DNA from: an uncultured Acidobacteriota bacterium | Lineage (GTDB): Bacteria > Acidobacteriota > UBA6911 | NCBI GenBank assembly: GCA_963839475.1 | Contig: CAWIVH010000018.1 | Span: 9,012-73,011 of the forward strand | Direction: 5' to 3' | Length of the DNA stretch: 64,000 nt | Part shown: positions 40,966-49,991 of the stretch, in pieces | Numbering within the stretch: position 1 is the stretch's first letter | How the letters are laid out: every line of letters starts with the position of its first letter | Translations under genes and position numbers: made by a program | Notes under the pieces: generated by a model | Database searches by the model: none | What the model saw: the letters and a program-made list of their open reading frames with translations, nothing else | What the model was told of the DNA's origin: nothing

Positions 40966-41149
40966 AGAACTGCGAACTTGTTGCTTTCACCACCGTTTTC
41001 ACGATTCAATAAATCTTGCCTGAAAAACAAGAATTTACAGATGTGATACTCAAAAGCCGCGAAGCTGTCTGTCCACGGATCATTGCTTCGCGGCCTTCGT
41101 GATATTGGCACCTCGAAAACCCTATATCCTTGGCATCGAGACCCCGGAC

Positions 41150-42493
41150 CTATGCAACGACAACATCCTGTTTGGCGTCATCAAAGGTCACCCTGCGCCC
41201 GGTTTGGATGGCAGCGATGGTCATACAGAGCGCCACGGAATGGCTGTAACCGGCTTCTATGTCGGCATTCGGCTTTTTGCGATTCCGAACGCATTCCATC
41301 CAATTGCGCATGTTGGCTGAGGTATCCGGATCGGCACCGGTATTGGCAGCCGTTTCTATTTTCGCTGCGTCCTGCGCCAGCGAGTATTCCTGGAGCAGGT
41401 TGGGCTGCATTCCCATTTCATCGGCATAGCGCTTGGTCAACCCGCCATCGGAATTGACCACGTTTTTATCCAGGTCCAGCTTTCCGCCGTTGGAGAAGTA
41501 ATACTCCTTGGTCGCCCCGGCTGAATTAGTCTGGCGTGAAGAATAAATCACCTGGAATCCTTTCGAAGGATCGTTGAGCGGCCCGTAATCGAACACGGCC
41601 GTCATCGTATCCCAGTTCTTGCGCCCATCCTTCCAAAGATAGATGCCGCCGTTGGATACAACGCTGCGCGGACGCCCCAATCCTGTGAACCAATGCACAG
41701 TATCGATCTGGTGCACCAGCCACTGGTCGGGGATGCCAGAGGAGTAGGGCCAGAAAAGCCTGAATTCCAGGTACTTCCTCGGATCGAAGGCCTCGAATGG
41801 CCGGTTCAGCAGGTAGCGCTTCCAGTCGGTGTCCGCTTCACGCAGCTGTTTGACGGTTGCTGGCCGTCGCCAGCGCCCCGGCTGGTTTACATTCCAGGTC
41901 ATCTCCACGGCGATGATGTCCCCAAATTTGCCCGACTTGATGTAGTCGCAGGCCTTCTGATAAGGAGGCGAACTGCGCCGTTGCGTGCCGATCTGGACGA
42001 TTTTGCCGGTCTCCTTGACCGCAGCTCTGATTGCCCGGGCATCATCCATACGGTTGGCCAGCGGCTTCTCGACATAGGCATCGCGGCCGGCTTTCACGGC
42101 TTCCGCACCTTGCAAGGCATGCTGAAAATCGGCCGTGGCCACAATCACGGCATCCACGTCTTTGCGTGCATAAAGTTCATCGTTGTTGCGAGCCATCTCC
42201 AGCTTCTTGCCGGTTAGTTTGCCGATCTCGGCAACTCCCGCCTCGCGGCGGAGGGACCAGATATCGGAGACGGCGACGAGTTCGAAATTCAGCTCACCGG
42301 AAGATTTGAGAAATGCGGGGATCAGCGCCCCTTTGCAGCGGTCCGAGTATCCCACGATTCCAACACGGACCCGGTCGTTGGCCCCCAGAATACTGGCATA
42401 ACTCGACGCGCGGGAAGTGAGTGCCGCTCCCGCTGCAACTGAACCGGCCGCCTTGAGGAATTCCCTGCGGTTGGTATTCTGACTGGACAGCAT
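41150..42493 (-). CDS. Gfo/Idh/MocA-family oxidoreductase with a TAT signal
   Basis: MLSSQNTNRREFLKAAGSVAAGAALTS. RVGIVGYSDRCKG..EKP pattern. Confidence 0.85.
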   Translation of the reverse strand: MLSSQNTNRREFLKAAGSVAAGAALTSRASSYASILGANDRVRVGIVGYSDRCKGALIPAFLKSSGELNFELVAVSDIWSLRREAGVAEIGKLTGKKLEMARNNDELYARKDVDAVIVATADFQHALQGAEAVKAGRDAYVEKPLANRMDDARAIRAAVKETGKIVQIGTQRRSSPPYQKACDYIKSGKFGDIIAVEMTWNVNQPGRWRRPATVKQLREADTDWKRYLLNRPFEAFDPRKYLEFRLFWPYSSGIPDQWLVHQIDTVHWFTGLGRPRSVVSNGGIYLWKDGRKNWDTMTAVFDYGPLNDPSKGFQVIYSSRQTNSAGATKEYYFSNGGKLDLDKNVVNSDGGLTKRYADEMGMQPNLLQEYSLAQDAAKIETAANTGADPDTSANMRNWMECVRNRKKPNADIEAGYSHSVALCMTIAAIQTGRRVTFDDAKQDVVVA

Positions 42494-42915
42494 ATTGAAC
42501 CTCCTCGGATAAAAAAATATTTTTGCGCAAACTCCTGACCCGGTCATGCCGGCTTGAGGATGCTGTAAACCGCCAGCCAGATCAACGCTATATTAAAGGA
42601 AAAACGGTTGCAGGAATAGCGGAGGATCCTGCAGATGCTTTGCCCCCGGGTTGTATTCTCCAGATGTTGCTTTCTAAAATAGTGTCACTATATTAATGCC
42701 CGACCGCTCGGGGAGCAGCTTAAGCCGCGGCTTCTCTAATTTCACTTTTCTGCTACTCTACTTTGTTGGCATTTTGCATTTCCGGAGGGGCGGGGGAGAT
42801 CGGGGTGTTTTTTTGCTTCGGGTTTCGCGCACTTGCGCTGCGGTACGAAGGCAAAATGTTCAGCTCTGGGAAGAACCGTCTCCTGAAGAATAAAGAATTG
42901 CTGGAGTGAGATCCT

Positions 42916-44592
42916 GTGAATGCAGCGAGATCAATGCCTCTGAGGTGGATTGATTCCAAAACCAAGGGATCGCCCACGGCTGTTTACCGGCATGAGGACG
43001 GGCGCGAGTTTTTCCTGGCCAGCTCGGACAATCCGCTGGAAGAAGCCAGGTCGCTCATCCGCGATGTCCCCCGCAATGAACGAACCTTCTATATCGTGCT
43101 TGGATTTGGGATTGGTTACCATGTCAGGGAACTGTTGCGGGAAATGCCGCTAAATTCCCAAATCCTCGTGATTGAACCGGAATCGGCTTGTTTGAGCCGC
43201 CTCATGAAAAACTCAGATCATCCTCCACCGGTCTCGCTTTCTGACAGCCGTCTTCACTTCCTGACCTGCAGCGATCCCGGGGTGGTTCCGATTCATATGA
43301 CCGATCGTATGGTCCGGCAGAGGCTTCTCTCCATCCAGATGATCACCCACGATCCTTCCATCCCAACCGCGGAAAACTTCTACTCGAAACTGATTGAGGA
43401 TATTCCCCGGCTTTTTCCCTTGTGTTTTGAAAGCCACCGGAACTCGCTCGACCGGATGCTGGAAAATGATTTGCAGAATTTCTGGGCCAACCTGAAGCAC
43501 AGCTGGCATTCGCCGCCGGCCGGTGACTTACGAGGGGCATGGCACGGCCGTCCCCTCCTGTTGGTCTCGCCGGGGCCTTCACTGGCCGGGGCGCTCCCGC
43601 TTTTGCAGAAAGCCGACCGGAACTACTTTCTCCTGGCTGCCGCACCTGCAGCTGGAATCCTTCTGGCCAAGCAGATCCGCCCGGATGTCGTGGTATCGGT
43701 TGATCCCTATGCGGCCAATCGTGTCCACTTTCAGGGATGGGATACATCCAATGTGCCGCTGGTTTATTACCATCGTATGTATCGTGGCATCCTGCCAGCC
43801 TATAAGGGCCCCAAAATTCATTTCGTCATGCAGGACGAACCACCACTCCCTCTCATCGGATTATCGGAAAGATCGGCATTCTGGCGGGGAGGCTCGGTAG
43901 CCTTTTCGGCCCTGCAGCTGGCTCATCTGCTTGAGGCGAATCCGATTATTTTTGCAGGGCAGGACTTCGCCTTCGCCGGTGGACATACCCATTGCGCGGG
44001 TTCAGCAACGAACAGCCAATACGACCCTCTGAACATGCCGGCAGATTTTTTCACCGTGCGGGGAGTGGAGGGTCATCCGGTTATTACCAACCAGAACTAT
44101 AACTCCTATCGGCTCTACCTGCAGAACTACCTGAAAGATTATGCCCAGCTATGGCCAGGCGTTCAGCATATCAACACTTCGCCTTCGGGAGCTGAAATCC
44201 TGGGGACAGAGAGCCTGCCGCTGGACACCGTCCTGGATTCCTTGTCCGAACCTGCGGAAGAGCCTGGCTCCGACTTAATGCTGGGGTGGCTCGGGCCTCA
44301 CCGGCCTCCTTCTCCGCCGGCACAAAAAGCAACGGTGAAACGATGGATGAATGAGCTTCAAAATCAACTCGAGCGTGCTGGTCACAGCGAAGATTTCGCG
44401 CGGGTGTTCAAGTCCTTTCGGGCTACTTCGCTCTACGCCCAGGCGGCCAAGAGTTACGAGGATATTTATTATCTTTACGATCTCCGGCGGGGCGATGAGC
44501 AGGACTCAACCCGAAATGAATTCCTGAACCGGTTCAAGGCACACCTGCGCGGGGTACAAGAAGACCTTCGCAGTTTGCATGCCGTTCTTTGA
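42916..44592 (+). CDS. Maf / DUF115 (MptE-like, 6-hydroxymethylpterin diphosphokinase-like) family protein. Putative glycosyltransferase-like 'motility-associated factor' homologue.
   Basis: Family blocks LLLVSPGPSLAGALPLL..RPDVVVSVDP and PIIFAGQDFAFAGGHTHCAGS. Confidence 0.55.
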   Translation: MNAARSMPLRWIDSKTKGSPTAVYRHEDGREFFLASSDNPLEEARSLIRDVPRNERTFYIVLGFGIGYHVRELLREMPLNSQILVIEPESACLSRLMKNSDHPPPVSLSDSRLHFLTCSDPGVVPIHMTDRMVRQRLLSIQMITHDPSIPTAENFYSKLIEDIPRLFPLCFESHRNSLDRMLENDLQNFWANLKHSWHSPPAGDLRGAWHGRPLLLVSPGPSLAGALPLLQKADRNYFLLAAAPAAGILLAKQIRPDVVVSVDPYAANRVHFQGWDTSNVPLVYYHRMYRGILPAYKGPKIHFVMQDEPPLPLIGLSERSAFWRGGSVAFSALQLAHLLEANPIIFAGQDFAFAGGHTHCAGSATNSQYDPLNMPADFFTVRGVEGHPVITNQNYNSYRLYLQNYLKDYAQLWPGVQHINTSPSGAEILGTESLPLDTVLDSLSEPAEEPGSDLMLGWLGPHRPPSPPAQKATVKRWMNELQNQLERAGHSEDFARVFKSFRATSLYAQAAKSYEDIYYLYDLRRGDEQDSTRNEFLNRFKAHLRGVQEDLRSLHAVL

Positions 44593-44744
44593 GTCTCCAA
44601 ACGATGGGCGGGGTTCATGGCTCCATCACATAAATGAGACGACATGTCATGGGAGCCAGATAGCAGCCTGCGGGCTAAAATGTTATCTTCTTTATCAATG
44701 CGGGTAGATGGCGGACCAAGCCTTCACCTGAGATTGGATATGAT

Positions 44745-45083
44745 GTGATGGATTGGACTATTGCAGTCATTGCCGTAGTTGCTGTTGCAGTTCTCTTCCT
44801 TTTCAAGCGCATGTCGATGCTATCCGAGGAATCGGCCCGCAGACTGCTCGCGGAAGGAGCTCTGGTCATCGACGTGCGTTCCCCAGAAGAATTTCGCGAT
44901 CGGCAGGTGCCCGGCGCTGTCAACATCCCGCTCAGCCAAATCAAAGAGGCTTTGCCCAAGCGCGTCCCCAATCACAGCACGCCGCTGTTGCTGCACTGTC
45001 TGAGCGGCACGCGCAGCGGCATGGCGAAACAGCAGGCTGAAATCGATGGGCTATACGAACGTGCACAATCTGGGCTCCTATAG
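44745..45083 (+). CDS. Single-domain rhodanese (sulfurtransferase), membrane-anchored
   Basis: Active-site loop LLHCLSGTRSG (CxxGxR). N-terminal TM helix IAVIAVVAVAVLFLF. Confidence 0.85.
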   Translation: MMDWTIAVIAVVAVAVLFLFKRMSMLSEESARRLLAEGALVIDVRSPEEFRDRQVPGAVNIPLSQIKEALPKRVPNHSTPLLLHCLSGTRSGMAKQQAEIDGLYERAQSGLL

Positions 45084-45389
45084 CCGAGCAAAAAAAATCG
45101 TGGAGAGCCAGAAAAAATAGGGAATTTGAATTGGATGGTCTTTGCCGAGCTTGATTTCAGCGTGTCCACAGCAGCCTGCCCCTGCCGCATCCAATATTTG
45201 CAGATTGAACCCATCGCCTGATCCAACCCGATTTGCGGACTGACAGCAGAGAAGCGCAGTGTGTCTGCTGTCACAAACTACTGTAACCCGATCGCTCCGC
45301 ATTCACGACATATTGTCCTAGAACAGGAAAAACCAGCATCGAGAGGTGCTGCGAAAAAAAAGGTTTTCCTTACTGAGGAGGAATGTCCT

Positions 45390-48116
45390 ATGCGTCAGCC
45401 CAATCAACGGTGTGGAGTCCCAGCGGCGCTGATGAATTTGAAAAATCTCGCGGCACTGCTCTTTGCATTCTGTTTCCTGGTCAGCGGCGTTTGTGCCCAG
45501 AACCGTTACTACATGCCGCAAATTGCTAACGGTCGCGACAGCGCCGGAACTTACAAGACAACATTCGTTCTAAATAACAATTCTGCCACCAAAGCCACCG
45601 CTACCTTGCAGCTTTCCGATGATAACGGCAACCCGCTGGCAATAACGATTGGCGGGAATTCCGACAGCCGCTTTGTCATTCAAATGCCCGCCGGAGGAAC
45701 TCAACTACTCCAGACCGACGGCCTGGGAAGCCTGGCAAGCGGCGCCGCCAAAATTGATTCAACGGCGGCCATCGGAGTTTCATCCATTCTCAGCATTTAT
45801 GATTCGAACGGGAACTGCAGAGCCGAAACAGGGATTGGTAGCTCCGAACCAATGTCCAGTTTCGTGTTTCCTGTGGATACAACGGGCGCATTCAATACCG
45901 GTCTGGCGCTTTACAACATAAATGATTCCAGTGTCACTGTGACGATGACCTTGCGCAGCACAACCGGACAGCAGGCTGCTTCGCCGGTAGTACTGACGAT
46001 GGCTGCGCATCGCCACTTCGCAAGATTCGTTTCCGGTGCCGGGCAACTCTTCCCGCAGATAACAAATTTCCAGGGCACACTGTTGGTCCAATGCTCCGAA
46101 CCCATTGCTTCATCGGTGTTGCGGCAAAATACCACGCCGCTTTCCTATACGTCCCTTTCCGGGATATCGACAGCATCGACGCAGAAAATAATGAATCTTG
46201 CTCAAGTGGCCAATGGTTCCTTTGGAAGCGGGGGATATAAAACCTCATTCCTCATTTTCAATATTTCCGCGGTCCCGGCCAACCTGACCCTGAGCCTGAC
46301 GAATGACAGAGGCAGACCATGGAAGGTGCCCATTACTGGTCGGGGGGAAGACGACAAGTTCACAATCTCCAACCTGGCGTCGGGCGCTTCCCTGTTCCTC
46401 CAGACTGAGGGTTCCGGCGAATTGACAACCGGCGGAGCCACGATAACCTCCGATGTCCCGGTGGGAGTTTCCGGCATCTACACACTTGTGGACTCCCGGG
46501 GATCCTTTCAAACTGAAACGGGGGTTGGATGCTCGCCAACCCTGACATCGCTGACCCTTCCCGTCAGCATTTCGGGCAGCTTCGACACCGGTGTCGCCTT
46601 TTTCGGGGTGAGCGGCTCCAATGCCGCGCTCACCTTCCGTCTGCGGGATGCCGGCGGAATGCCTGTCGGACAGAGCATTTCAGGGAATCTGCCTGCAAGC
46701 GGCCATATGGGAGTTTTCGTATCCCAACTTTTCAACGGCATAGAAAATTTCAAAGGATCGCTTTCCGTTTCTTCAACCACAGGCATAGCGGCGCTCACCT
46801 TGCGCGTGAACACTTCCCCGATTTCCTTTACCACCTTTCCGGTCACGGCGGGAATCCCGAGTTCAGCCGGCGGCGCCAGATTCACCATTGCAGAAACCAT
46901 CTCAGATCAGGCTCAGAGCACAACCCTCGCCTTCTCGGGCCTGGCGATGATGACCGGTAACCTCGAAGCTCAGTCCTTTTTCCCGCCGGGCAAAGTGGCC
47001 GACTACACCGGTTTTCAGTATCTGCGCGACAATGATCCCGACAATATGGGCCACAACACCAGCTTCCTCACCCGCATCGCCAACAACGTGATCTTCCTCT
47101 TGGACGACAGCCAGTTTGCCAAACTGAAGACTCTGGCCATCGCACAGCTCCAGCAGATCGACCTGTACGGGTATAAGCGCTTCCCCCTGATGAAGGCCTT
47201 CCGCAGGGTTATGAACAGTGAAATCCCTGCCGGGTCGGCCGGATTGAACCTGAACGCCGTAAAAAAGGCCTCACGGGAGCTCTATATCCTGGACGGCCAG
47301 ATCAGCTATGACCGAGCCGTGCTCTATGCCGCCATAATCCGGTCCCTGGACAGCACTCAAAAAGCCTACCTGGACGCGATGAAGGGCAAAGGCTGGAACT
47401 CCTGGCCTGATATCTCCGAAGCTCAGGTTCAAACCAGGATGAGGAGCCTGCCCCAGGGCACTGCCGTTGCGGTGATGACCTATGCCAGCGACCTGTTCAG
47501 TTGGTATGCGGGCTCCGTCGAAGCTGACGTCTACTTCTGCCCCGAGCGCCAGGGAACCTACTATGGCTCTTTTTATATCAAGGATGCTCCTGCCATCGGC
47601 CATGAAGGATACGGCATCAATGAGCAACTGACAGCCACGGCCGGGTCTGCACTTTGCGACAGCAAGCAAGGCTATGTAACGGAAGCTCAGGCAGCCACAA
47701 TGACGAGCCTGGTAGACAGACAGAGAAACAATCTCTACGCCTCCACAACCTCGAATATCGTCTCGGTCCGGACGGAAATCGCCACATTGCTGCGTGACTT
47801 GCTCACCACGACGAGCTCACCCGACACGATCAAAGCCAAGGTCCTGGCACTATCGGGAACTTACGGCGATCTGGACGGCGAAAACAATTATTACTACGCC
47901 AGCGTTTTCGCCCAAGTCTACAAAACGCTGAGCACGGAGCAGAAGACCAAGCTGGCAGGCCTGCGAAAATCGATCATGTCCGGGACGTACTCCGACGGCA
48001 CTGCCTTTGATTTTTCCACTTGCTCCACCCCATTCCTCTATTCCAGCGTCATCACGGATGTCAGCCAGCTGGCACCCTATTTGAGCAATACTGACTTTCT
48101 ATTTTTCGAGCCCTAA
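45390..48116 (+). CDS. Large secreted protein: N-terminal array of about 5 copies of the recurring uncharacterised module (~nt 45510-46870), then a ~420-aa C-terminal domain of unknown function (largely alpha-helical by composition)
   Basis: Signal peptide MRQPNQRCGVPAALMNLKNLAALLFAFCFLVSGVCAQ after RBS ggagga. Copies begin YYMPQIANGRDSAGTYKTTFVLNNN, ..NTGLALYNINDSS.., LAQVANGSFGSGGYKTSFLIFNIS and ..DTGVAFFGVSGS.., with ends ..SVLRQNTTPLSYTSLSG and ..ALTLRVNTSPISFTTFPV. Confidence 0.75.
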   Translation: MRQPNQRCGVPAALMNLKNLAALLFAFCFLVSGVCAQNRYYMPQIANGRDSAGTYKTTFVLNNNSATKATATLQLSDDNGNPLAITIGGNSDSRFVIQMPAGGTQLLQTDGLGSLASGAAKIDSTAAIGVSSILSIYDSNGNCRAETGIGSSEPMSSFVFPVDTTGAFNTGLALYNINDSSVTVTMTLRSTTGQQAASPVVLTMAAHRHFARFVSGAGQLFPQITNFQGTLLVQCSEPIASSVLRQNTTPLSYTSLSGISTASTQKIMNLAQVANGSFGSGGYKTSFLIFNISAVPANLTLSLTNDRGRPWKVPITGRGEDDKFTISNLASGASLFLQTEGSGELTTGGATITSDVPVGVSGIYTLVDSRGSFQTETGVGCSPTLTSLTLPVSISGSFDTGVAFFGVSGSNAALTFRLRDAGGMPVGQSISGNLPASGHMGVFVSQLFNGIENFKGSLSVSSTTGIAALTLRVNTSPISFTTFPVTAGIPSSAGGARFTIAETISDQAQSTTLAFSGLAMMTGNLEAQSFFPPGKVADYTGFQYLRDNDPDNMGHNTSFLTRIANNVIFLLDDSQFAKLKTLAIAQLQQIDLYGYKRFPLMKAFRRVMNSEIPAGSAGLNLNAVKKASRELYILDGQISYDRAVLYAAIIRSLDSTQKAYLDAMKGKGWNSWPDISEAQVQTRMRSLPQGTAVAVMTYASDLFSWYAGSVEADVYFCPERQGTYYGSFYIKDAPAIGHEGYGINEQLTATAGSALCDSKQGYVTEAQAATMTSLVDRQRNNLYASTTSNIVSVRTEIATLLRDLLTTTSSPDTIKAKVLALSGTYGDLDGENNYYYASVFAQVYKTLSTEQKTKLAGLRKSIMSGTYSDGTAFDFSTCSTPFLYSSVITDVSQLAPYLSNTDFLFFEP

Positions 48117-48255
48117 GTTTATTTGCTCCAGATATTTAACCGCGAGGACCTTGAGGACTTCAATGGCGGAAAAGCCCTTAGGGTCTTCGCGGTTTTTGTG
48201 GTTCAATCTGCCATTGGTTCTTTGAGGCAATTTTTCTCAATCAGATGTAAACCTT

Positions 48256-48864
48256 ATGGGACCATATTTCGACAATATGGGTATGAAGGTCGCGACTGCC
48301 GTCCTGGAGAGTGGAGGATCCCTGGCCCGCATGATGCCCATCGATTTCGGAGCCTGGATGCTTGCGGAGCAAAAGCGGATCTTCCTGCTCTGTTTTCGTG
48401 TGCTTCGAAACAGGGACGAAGCCGATTCGGCCACCCAGGATGTTTTTGTGGAAGCCTATCGGGCATGGGAGCGGTCCGGTGACAACGCCATTCAGGAACC
48501 GGCCAAATGGCTTACGCGGGTTGCGCTCAATACCTGCTATGACTGCCTCAGATCGAAGCGATGGAAGTTCTGGCAAAGGCGGATTTCCGGTGAAAACGAA
48601 GATATCGTTTTCCGGTCGAAACCAGCCGGAGGTCTGAGCCCTGAAGAGGCTCTGATCGGCCGCGAACTTTCCGGACGGATCCGCGATTCGCTTCACAGGC
48701 TCTCGGTAAGACAGAGATTGGTTTTTGTTCTCAGATTTGAAGAAGATCTCAGCCTGGCTGAAATCGCTGAAGCTCTAGATCTCGATCTGGGAACGGTCAA
48801 GGCGCACATGGCCCGAGCGATCAAAAAGCTTCGTGAGGAACTGAGGGGGCTTTATGTCCAATAA
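48256..48864 (+). CDS. ECF (sigma-70 family, group 4) RNA polymerase sigma factor
   Basis: Region 2 ..DVFVEAYRAWE..WLTRVALNTCYDCLR. Region 4 LSLAEIAEALDLDLGTVKAHMARAIKKLR. Confidence 0.85.
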   Translation: MGPYFDNMGMKVATAVLESGGSLARMMPIDFGAWMLAEQKRIFLLCFRVLRNRDEADSATQDVFVEAYRAWERSGDNAIQEPAKWLTRVALNTCYDCLRSKRWKFWQRRISGENEDIVFRSKPAGGLSPEEALIGRELSGRIRDSLHRLSVRQRLVFVLRFEEDLSLAEIAEALDLDLGTVKAHMARAIKKLREELRGLYVQ

Positions 48865-49279
48865 CCACTACAGCGATGATGACCTGGTGGCCCGGCTTTA
48901 CGGCCTCGGGCCCGCTGATGCGCACCTCGACAGCTGTGAGATGTGCAGGCAACGTTGGAATAAGATGCTGGAGCGACATCAGCTTCTGCACTCTACGGAT
49001 ATTGATGTCCCTGTGGAATTGCTCGCTGCCCAGAGACGCGCCGTTTACGCCCGGGTGGAACAGAAGCCCCGGAAGCTGCGAACCGCCTGGCTGCCGTTGC
49101 CGGTCGCAGCCCTTGTGCTGGTACTGCTGGTTTTCACCTTTTTCAAGCCGGCATTGCATCAGCAGCCCGCTGATGCAATTTCCGACGACGCTGCACTGCA
49201 GGATGTCTTCACAGTGGCATCCAGAACTGATCCGGCTGGCCTCGAGCCCGTCCAGTCCCTGTTTGAGGAGCAAAAATGA
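48854..49279 (+). CDS. Anti-sigma factor (zinc-finger-type N-terminal domain, single TM helix)
   Basis: HLDSCEMCRQRW motif. TM helix LPLPVAALVLVLLVFTFF. Start overlaps the sigma-factor stop. Confidence 0.65.
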   Translation: MSNNHYSDDDLVARLYGLGPADAHLDSCEMCRQRWNKMLERHQLLHSTDIDVPVELLAAQRRAVYARVEQKPRKLRTAWLPLPVAALVLVLLVFTFFKPALHQQPADAISDDAALQDVFTVASRTDPAGLEPVQSLFEEQK

Positions 49280-49782
49280 AGACGCGAGTGTTCTTGCAGC
49301 TTTCAATGTGCATTTTCCTGCTCCCCGCCATCGCCCCGGCGCAGGCAAAGCCTAACCGGCCGGAAATGTCCCGCTGGTGGGAACGCCCGGTGGTACGCGA
49401 CATCGGGCTGAGCGCCGAACAGGACAAGCAGGTCCGGGATATCGTGCGCGAGTCCCGGGAACGGTTGATTCAGCTGCGTGCGGCTCTGGATTCCGCTGAG
49501 TCCGCGCTGGCGGATGAAATGGGCGAAGATAAAATCGACCCCAAAAAGGCAGACATGGCGATCGACCGGGTGATCACTGCCCGGGCGGAACTCCAGCGGG
49601 CCATAGCTCGCATGAGCTTGAAGATTCGGCTGATCCTCACCATTACGCAATGGCGTGAACTTGAAAAGCGGGAGGCCGATCAACCGCCCCCGCCGCAAGA
49701 TCAGCCAAAACGCAAGGCAGAACCGGGAGATAAGCCACGCCCGCCTGCCCCTCCGCTCGAAAAAGACGGACAAGAAAACTGA
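49276..49782 (+). CDS. Periplasmic LTXXQ-motif (Spy/CpxP-like) stress protein
   Basis: Signal peptide MKTRVFLQLSMCIFLLPAIAPAQA. LSAEQDKQVRDI and LTITQWREL motifs. Start overlaps the anti-sigma stop (ATGA). Confidence 0.65.
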   Translation: MKTRVFLQLSMCIFLLPAIAPAQAKPNRPEMSRWWERPVVRDIGLSAEQDKQVRDIVRESRERLIQLRAALDSAESALADEMGEDKIDPKKADMAIDRVITARAELQRAIARMSLKIRLILTITQWRELEKREADQPPPPQDQPKRKAEPGDKPRPPAPPLEKDGQEN

Positions 49783-49991
49783 ATCAATCCATCATCCGGC
49801 GGAGCATAAACAGTCTATTCTCTCCACCTGGCATTGCCGGGGGACGCCAACCCATACCGGGGAGCGCGGACCCGAGGGTGGAACTCTGCCGAGGCAACCG
49901 ATTGTGAAATCTTATGAAGCACGAGGATAGACCGCCAACTCGGGCCATCCTCATGCCCGAGCATCCACGCTCTCGAAGGAGGCCAAGGGAA

